Assembly (NCBI GenBank): GCA_963840035.1
Contig: CAWIXE010000001.1
Location: 1,171,065 to 1,235,064 of the forward strand
Reading direction: 5' to 3'
Origin: a candidate division FCPU426 bacterium
GTDB taxonomy: Bacteria; Oederibacteriota; PGYV01; Palsa-1178
DNA: 64,000 bases
In this document: piece by piece, positions 54,201 through 63,200 of the stretch
Layout of the letters: every line of letters begins with the position of its first letter
How positions within the stretch are numbered: the stretch's first letter is position 1
Notes under the pieces: model-generated
What the model saw: the letters and a program-made list of their open reading frames with translations, nothing else
Database searches by the model: none
What the model was told of the DNA's origin: nothing
Position numbers and translations under genes: made by a program

Positions 54201-57200
54201 GCAATAACTGGGCGCATGAATACACATGGACTTATTCCGCGACAGGCGCCGGAAATATCATTTTCACATCGCATGCGTTCGGGACGGACACAAACAGCGG
54301 CGCTGTGATTACCACGGCCCAGCTCGTATCTTCAAACATTGTTATTAAAACAGCGGCGGCCTTCAATTCAAAGATATGGACAAATTCGGTTATTGCCAAC
54401 GACGGCACTACATATAATGTATACATGACAGTTACCAATACCGGCGGAGCAGCTGCGGTTAACACAAACGCGCACTTAAGCTGGACAGGCACCGCGTCTA
54501 TAACAAATCTGACCGGGCCTGATAAAACATCAGTTACCATTGACGGTTTTGGAAACACTGTTTTCGCGTGGACTTATAAAGCAACAGGCTCAGGCAACGT
54601 GACTTTCACCGGATTTGCAGCGGGGACTGATGAGAACAGCGCGGTGTCGATTACTGACACGGCTGATGCCGCAACTGTCACGGTGCAGACACCGCAGCCG
54701 CTTCTGACAAAACCCTCGCTTGTAATTTCTCCGGCACAGGTTACAGTCGGCCAGCTCGTCACGGTTGTCATGGGAGTTACAAACACCGGGCTTGCGGACG
54801 CTGTGAATACCACGGCAAACGCATTTAAAGCTGATTTTGTTTCAGGCAATATAATCTTAAGCGGGCCGAATCCTGCCACTAAGACTGTTACAAACCAGGG
54901 CGGCTTCAGGACCTTCACATGGACTTATCAGGCAACAGCAAGCGGCCTGGCATGGGTTACCGGAACAGCGGCCAGCTTAGGCATTGTAAGTCCTGAGGCT
55001 TCCAGCAACACAATACTTATACAGACAGCGCCTTCACTTGCCATAACATACATACCGCTCACAACGCCGGTAAGCGTCGGACAGGATATATCCATAATAA
55101 TGAATATCGCCAATAACGGCGGCGCAACAATAACAAATACCGCTGCGGTATTGACACCCATAGGCGATGCCTCAAGCATATTGAAACTTATCGGGCCATT
55201 ACCGGCAAGCGCGGTAATTCCGGGCGGCGGTTCTTCGGTTGCTTACACCTGGGTTTACAGGGTTAATGGAAATGGAACAGTAAATTTCTACGGAGAAGCA
55301 GACGGCCGCGACGTAAATTCAAATGCCCTCATCACAGCCGCGCCTAATTCAACAAACGATGTAATTATGCAGACGCCGTCTTCGCTTGCGTCATCGATCA
55401 TAATGCCGGCGAACGTAAGCCTTTATCAGGTTTATACAGTGCTCATGTCGGTTACAAACACAGGCACGGCTGACGCTGTCAATGTAATCGCGCCGAATTT
55501 CTTTGACCTCTCGGGAAGCGTAGGCTCAAGCATAAAAACAATAGGCGGCGGCCCGGCGCCGGCGTCACAGACCATACCCGGCGGACAGACAAGGTATTTC
55601 ACATGGACTTATTCCGCGACAGGAACAGGAAATATGAACTTTAAGGGAAATGTTTCCGGCCAGGATGCAAACAGTTTGTCAGGCATATCCAGCGCCATTA
55701 CAAATACAAATATGCTCATACAAAAGGCGAGCAAGCTCACGGCTGTTATTGCTGCTGCGCCGTCACCGGCTAAAACAGGCGAGAACCTGACGGTAATCAT
55801 GGCCGTATCTAATGAATCGGGCTCTGCAAACGCGGTCAATGTATCAATCACGCCTGATACGCTTGAAGTAATAATGGATTCGCTTGCCAGGACTGAAACT
55901 GCCGTATCAACTCCGTCGCCGGTTATGCGTACAATAGCAGGCGCTTCAACAGAGTACTTCACGTGGGTATATAAATTAGGCAATGGCGCGGGTACTGTGG
56001 CCTTCTCGGCGCGTGCCATCGGACTGGATGGAAACGCCGGATGGGGAATAACCACATCAAAAGTTTCCAGCAATTCAGTGCCGGTACTCGCCAGCGCTAA
56101 CCTTGTAAGTTCGTTTATTCCCCTTGTATCCCATGTAAGCGTGGGACAGTTTGTCACAGTCCATATGTCGGTAACAAGCAACGGCGGCGCCACAAGTTCT
56201 AACACAACAGCGCCTTCATTAATAATAAGCGGAAACCCGGGTTCTTTAAGTTATATTTCAGGGCCTGTTCCCGCAAATGTCAGCCTTGTTGCCGACGCCA
56301 GAACGGTTTTTGAGTTTACATACAGCGCGGCCGGTTCTGGAACAGTGTGGTTCAGCGGAAACGCGACAGGCACAGACGTATCTTTTGGCGCCATCAATTC
56401 GCCGCTTTCATCCAGCAGCCAGGTTATCATAGAATCAGCGTCGCAGCTTTCAGCTGAAATATCGGGTGTGCCTTCACAGGTCTCCGTTGGACAGTTTATA
56501 ACAGCATACATGACCGTTACAAATACCGGAGAGGCAGTAGCCATGACAGTTGTGCCTGTAACGCCGAGCGCCGGGACAAACCTGGTTACACTTTCAGGGC
56601 CGGTACCGCTCTTTTCCGACCTTGCGCAGAATGCGTCGCAGGTATTTATGTTCACTTACTCCGCAAACGGGTCCGGCACAGTTAATATCACCGGCCTTGC
56701 AAAGGGTTATGACGAGAACAGCAATGTCACAAAAACAGCGTCGGCTTCATCAAACCAGATAATAATACAGAACCCGGTAAACCTGGCGGCTTCAGTTACA
56801 GCCCTGCCGGCTACCGCAAAGGTATCGGATGACACAATTACGGTTACCATGAGGGTTACAAATAACGGACAGGCTACTGTAAATAACGTGATGCCTACAA
56901 TAACAGGGACAGGCACGGGCGTAAACGCCAATTACATGAGCGGCCCTGTCCCGTCAAACGCCACGTTAACAGCAGGCGCGTTTGTTGATTTTGTATGGAC
57001 CTTTACAGGAATCGGAACCGGAAACCTTACATTCAGCGGACATGCTGCCGGACTTGATTATAACTCCGGCCTGCAGTATGCGGTTAATTCATCGACAGCG
57101 CTTGTTAATGTTGTCCCTAATAAACCTGTACTTGCCGCCTCAATGAGCGCGGTTCCGTCCATAGTAAGCAACGGACAGCGCTTCACTGTTATAATGACAG

Positions 57201-60200
57201 TTTCAAATATAGGCCTTGTCGACGCGGCTTCAGTTACGGTATCCGCGCTCGGCATTGGGCCGGCATTTAATTCCGCCCTGCCTAATTCGGGGCCTCAGCC
57301 TTTCGATCAGGCGATAAATGCCGGTAATTCCGGCAGATTTACCTGGGTGTTCACGGCAAACACAACAGGCAGTATTACTTTCAGCGGGAACGCGTGGTCC
57401 TTAACGGGTAATGTGCTTTCAAACGCGCCTTCAACCACTGTTACCGCGTTTGCGTTGCCTGACTTAAGCGCGACATCCATTGATATTTACGCTCCGCCTT
57501 CTGTATTCTCGGTCGGCCAGCTTATGACAGTGGTCATGACGGTTACAAATACGGGAGCGACAGACGCTGTAAACACTTCACCGATGGCGCCGCTGACAAA
57601 CATAGGTACCGGAAGCGCGACAGTTGTATCAGGGCCGGCGCCCGCATCCGCGACACTTGCCGCGGGCGGCGGTTACGCGTCATTTACTTTTGTATACAGC
57701 GCGGCGATTTCGGGAAGTTTTGCCGTAAACGGCAGGGCAGAAGGTTTTGACCCGAGGACAGGCCTGGCTTATCAGAGCCCTTATATCAGTTCAAATAATG
57801 TTGATATTGAAACGCCGACAAATATCGCGAGTTCCATAATGATGCTTGGGGCCTCGACGGTTAATTTAAAACAGCACGTAACGGTTGTCATGACCGTGGT
57901 AAATAACGGTGAAGCAGCGTCATTAACAACGGCGCCAAACTTTATCAATGTGGCGGCAGGCTCGACAGGCGGGCTCATATACTTAGACGGGCCGTCGCCG
58001 GCAAACGCGTCAATAGCGGGAAGCGGCGGAGCAGCAACATTTACATGGACTTACTCCGCGGCGGGCGTCGGAACCATAGCGCTCTCAGGAAATGCGCACG
58101 GTACAGATGAAAATTCTGGTTTTGCCGTTGTGTCGGGTTCAACCACCAGCAACACAATTACAATTCAGACTCCGTCCATTCTGGCGGCGTCATTATCAGC
58201 CGGCCCGGCAAGCCTCGGCACAGGCTCAACAATGAGCCTTGTAATGAGCGTTACAAATACAGGCGGCGCGACGGCAAATAATATCAGGCCAGACCCGGCA
58301 GGCATAGTCTATGTTGCCGGAGGCACAGTAACACCCGCAAGCGGACCTGTGCCGGCGGCGCTTACTCTTACAGCGGGAAGCTCCGGCTACTTCACATGGA
58401 TTTATAACGCGGTCGCAGCGGGAACCGTTAACTTTACTTCAACCGCAAGGGGAACAGACAGCAATGAGTTAATTGCCGTAAATACGGCATCAAAGATCTC
58501 AAACAATGTGGTCATATATCCTTCAGGTAACATAAGCGTAAGCTCAATAAACGCGTCGCCAATAACGGTATCAACAGGGCAGGATATAACGGTATTAATG
58601 AATCTCGCGAACAACGGCACGGGTACATCAAAATCCGTATTCCCGCTGCCTGAGACAAATAACGGAACAGCCGCGGTTGTAAGGATCTCAGGCCCGCTTC
58701 CCGGGACAGCCCAGGATATTCCTGCGCTGGGGACACAGACCTTCACTTATGTATATAACGCCCAGACCGCAGGTACTTTCATATTCAGCGGAGGCGCAAG
58801 AGGATATGACCAGTCAAGCGGGAATACATTAACCGCCTGCTGCCAGCTTTCAAACACGGTTACAATACTTAACAGCGCCTCATTGGCAATAACAGGCATG
58901 ACAGCTTCGCCTTCACAGGTTTCAACCGGCCAGCAGATTGAAGTAATAATGTCTGTCCAGAATAACGGCGATGTTACGGCGGAAGGCGCGATCGGAGTGA
59001 CCCCGGTTGTTACGGTTGGCGGCGGAGCGACAGTGTTCTCCTCGCCGGCTTCGGCGGATATAGCGGCAGGAGCGACGGTTAACTTCACATGGCTTTATAA
59101 TTCAACGGCCCTTGGGACGTCGGTATTCAGCGGATCCGCAAAGGGATATGATTTCTACAGCAAGATTACAAAGCTGGCTGCGTCATCTTCCAGCGGAAGC
59201 GTCCTTATACAGTCGCCGGCTTCATTAAGCGCGGTAACTACGGTTTCACCCGCAACCATTAAACAGACCGACGACACCGTAACGGTAATAATGACAGTGG
59301 CAAACAGCGGCCAGGCAATAGCGCAGAATGTGATACCTACAATTACAGGATACGGCGCAGGTACTGTGCCAAGTTTCGTAAGCGGGCCAGTACCGCTTTC
59401 AGCTTCAATTTCAAACGGCAGTCCTGTTTCTTTCACCTGGACATTTACCGCTGGAGGGCTTGGATCGCTTAATTTCAGCGGAAACGCAGCGGGCACGGAT
59501 ATTAACAGTTCCCTGCCGAAGGCCGCCAATTCAAATATCGCGGTTGTAAATGTGGTGCCGAACAAGCCTGTGCTTACGGCTGACTTAAGCGCGTTACCGT
59601 CGGCTGCAACAGTCGGGCAGAGGTTCACGGTAATAATGACAGTTACTAATATCGGCCTTGTGGACGCAATCAGCGTCACTGCAAACGCCAACCTGGTAAC
59701 AACCGCCACGCAGTTCAGCGGGATAACACCGGCGTCGCAGAGAATCAATGCCGGATTAACCGGGCACTTTACATGGGTATATACGGCAAACGCATCGGGA
59801 ATTATAACATTAAGCGGAAACGCGTTCTCAACCACGGGTTCAGTTTATTCAAACGGGCCTTCGACCACGGTAAACGCTTATTCAGTGCCGGATTTGTCTG
59901 AGTCACATCTTGACATAATAGGGCCGGTAACGTACTCGGTTGGCCAGACTATAACAGTCGTTATGACAGTTTCTAATAAGGGACAGACCGATGCCGTAAA
60001 CGCATCGCCGAACCTTCCTATAACTAAGATAGGTACCGCGAGCGCCACGTTGCTAAGCGGCCCGGTTCCGGCATCCGCGTCAATTGCCGGCAACAACGGG
60101 GTTTCAACATTCACATTCACTTACAGCGCCGACTCAACCGGAACTGTCGGATTTAACGGAAACCTGACCGGTTATGATTCAAGGACCGGAATTTCATACA

Positions 60201-63200
60201 ACAGCCCGCTTACCAGCACATCGCCGGTCACGGTTATTTCCCCGGCAAGCCTTGCGTCGGCTTTCAGTATTATAGGAAGCGGCAAATATAACCTGGTAGA
60301 GCAGATAACGGTTATTATGACTGTTACGAATTCCGGCGCTGCTGCAGCGGACAATGTCCTTCCAAACCCAATATTTGTGGCTGCCGGCTCTACGGGCGGA
60401 GCAATACTTCTTAACGCACCTGCTGTGGCTGTATCTGTGGCCGGCAACAACGGTGTCGCGCACTTCACATGGACTTATTCGGCGGCCGGAGCGGGAAGCA
60501 TATCTTTCAGTTCTAATGTTTCAGGAAATGATACAAACTCAAACATGACTGTTACATCAACTATGTCATCCTCGCCGGTTGTGCTCATCCAGTCAGCCGC
60601 GGCACTGACAGCGAACATAACAGCGTTAAACACGAACGTGGGAACGGGCGCGAATATAACGGTGGTAATGAATGTAAACAACACGGGCGAGGCAACAGCG
60701 AACGCGGTATCACCTGACCCGGTTGGAATATCATCGCCGGCAGCTGTGTTATTGTTGTCAGGTCCGTCACCGGTATCTGTAACACTGACAGGAAGCTACA
60801 GCGGATCATTCACATGGGTATACCGGGCAATAGCCGCAAACGCGGGAGTGATATTCTCCACAACGGCAAGGGCAACGGACGCGAATACGGGAGCTGCGAT
60901 AAACAGCGGATCAAAGACTACGCCGGTGGGAGTGGTAATATATAATTCAGCGAGTTTAAGCTTATCGCCGATATCGATACTACCCGCAGGGCCTATATCA
61001 GTGGGCCAGAACTTCACTATATTAATGACAGTGTCAAATAACGGAACCGGCCAGGCGGACAATGTAGTGCCGAATGGGGCTGCGATAGTAGGAGCGTCTG
61101 CGGTATTGGTAAGCGGGCCGGCACCTGCGTCATACGCGACAATGGCATCATCAGGGAACGGAACATTTGAATGGATATACACGGCAACGGGCGCGGGAAC
61201 AGTGGCGTTCAGCGGATCGGTAAACGGGATAAACAACTCGAACTCGGCGCCGATATCGGCCGGCCCCGGATTATCAGGTTTAGTGACAGTGGTGCCGGCG
61301 GCAAGCCTGGTAGCGGACAGCATAACAGCGTCGCCGTCGGAGATAACGGTAGGGCAGCAGATACAGGTGGTAATGCAGGTAAGCAACATAGGTACAGCGA
61401 ACGCGGAGATGGTGCTGCCTGTAACGCCGACAGCGTCGGGAGCAGTGGTGGTGACATCAGCGTCGCCTGTGACAATAACAGGCGGGACAAGCGCGAGCTT
61501 CACATGGGTATATAACACGACAACGACGGGCGCAAAGACATTCTCGACATACGCGGCTGGAGTGGACGCGAATTCAAGGATAGCAAAGAGCACAATAGGA
61601 ATAATAAGCAGCGCTGTAACGGTACAGAGCGCGCCGGTGTTGGCTGCGGTAATAGGGGCAGTACCTTCGACGGTAAGGCAGTCGATGGACAATATAACGG
61701 TAGTGTTAAATGTGGCAAACAGCGGCGAGGCGCAGGCTGTAAATGTAGTGCCTGCGATAACGCTGACCGGTGTAAGTTCGTCAGTGGTAAGCGCGATGAC
61801 ACCCGGGTCGGTGAGTGTGGCTGGCGGGTCAAGCGAGAATTTCACATGGGTATATATGGGGACGGGAATAGGGAACTTAAACTTCAGCGCGAACGTAACG
61901 GGTCAGGATGCGCACGGAGCTGCGAACGTGACAGTGACCTCAAACGCGGCTGATGTAAATGTGGTATCAAACCTGCCGATACTTGCGGCTGCAATATCAA
62001 CAATACCGAACGTTGTAAGTTTAAATCAGAACTTCACTGTAATAATGACAGTATCAAATACTGGATTGGTAAACGCAGCGAACGTAACGGCGGCGGATTT
62101 AGGAGTAGGCGCGCTTGGAACGGAAGCGGTAAAGCAGGGAATAGTAACGCCGGCGTCGCAGGCGATAAACGCCGGGCAGCACGGGTACTTCACATGGATA
62201 TATAAGGCGAACACGACGGGCGTGATAACGTTAACAAGCACAGCCAGCTCGACAACAGGGCCTGTGACATCGAACATAGCGACGGGAACAGTGACGTCGT
62301 ATACGCTGCCTGACTTAAGCGTGGCGCATATGGATATTATAGGGCCGGTAACATATTCGGTAGGGCAGAGCGTAACGGTAATAATGACGGTAAGCAATAT
62401 AGGCCAGACGACGGCAATAAACACAGCGGCGAACATGGAATTAACGAGGCTTGGAACAACAGCAGTGACATTATTAAGCGGACCGGTACCTGCATCAGCG
62501 ACGATAGTTGGAAGCGGCGGAGTGGCGGTATTCACATTCACATACAGGGCGGACACGGCCGGGACATTAGGGTTTAACGGAAACGCGACTGGATATGACG
62601 TAAGGACAGGAATCGCGTACAACTCGGGATTAGACAGCACGGATATGGTAACAGTGGTAATGCCTGCGACATTGACATCGGCAATAAGCGTAGTTGGGAC
62701 AGGCAAGCATAATATCAACCAGGTAATAACAGTGATAATGACAGTGACAAACAGCGGGACAGCAGCTGCGAACAATGTAAACGGAAACGCGATGTATAAG
62801 ACGTCAGGGTCGACAGGCGGAGTAATCCCGCAGACAGTGGCGTCGGTAGTTGGAACGATAGGAAGCGGAGCAAGCGCGTCATTTACATGGACGTATTTGG
62901 CGGTAGGAAACGGGAACGTAACGTTCAGCGGAAACGCGTCGGGAACAGACGCGAACTCTAGCGCGGTAGTATCGTCGCCGATGACGTTATCGACAACAGA
63001 ACTCATACAGTCAGCGGCAGTGTTAACAGGAAGCCTGACAGCGGTGAACACATATGTGGGAACCGGGGCGTATATAACGGTGGTAATGAACGTGAACAAC
63101 ACAGGGGAAGCGACAGCCAACGCGGTAACGCCGGACCCTGTAGGAATATCTGATTTAACGAGGGTAACGCTGGTATCAGGAACGCCTGCGTCAGTAACGC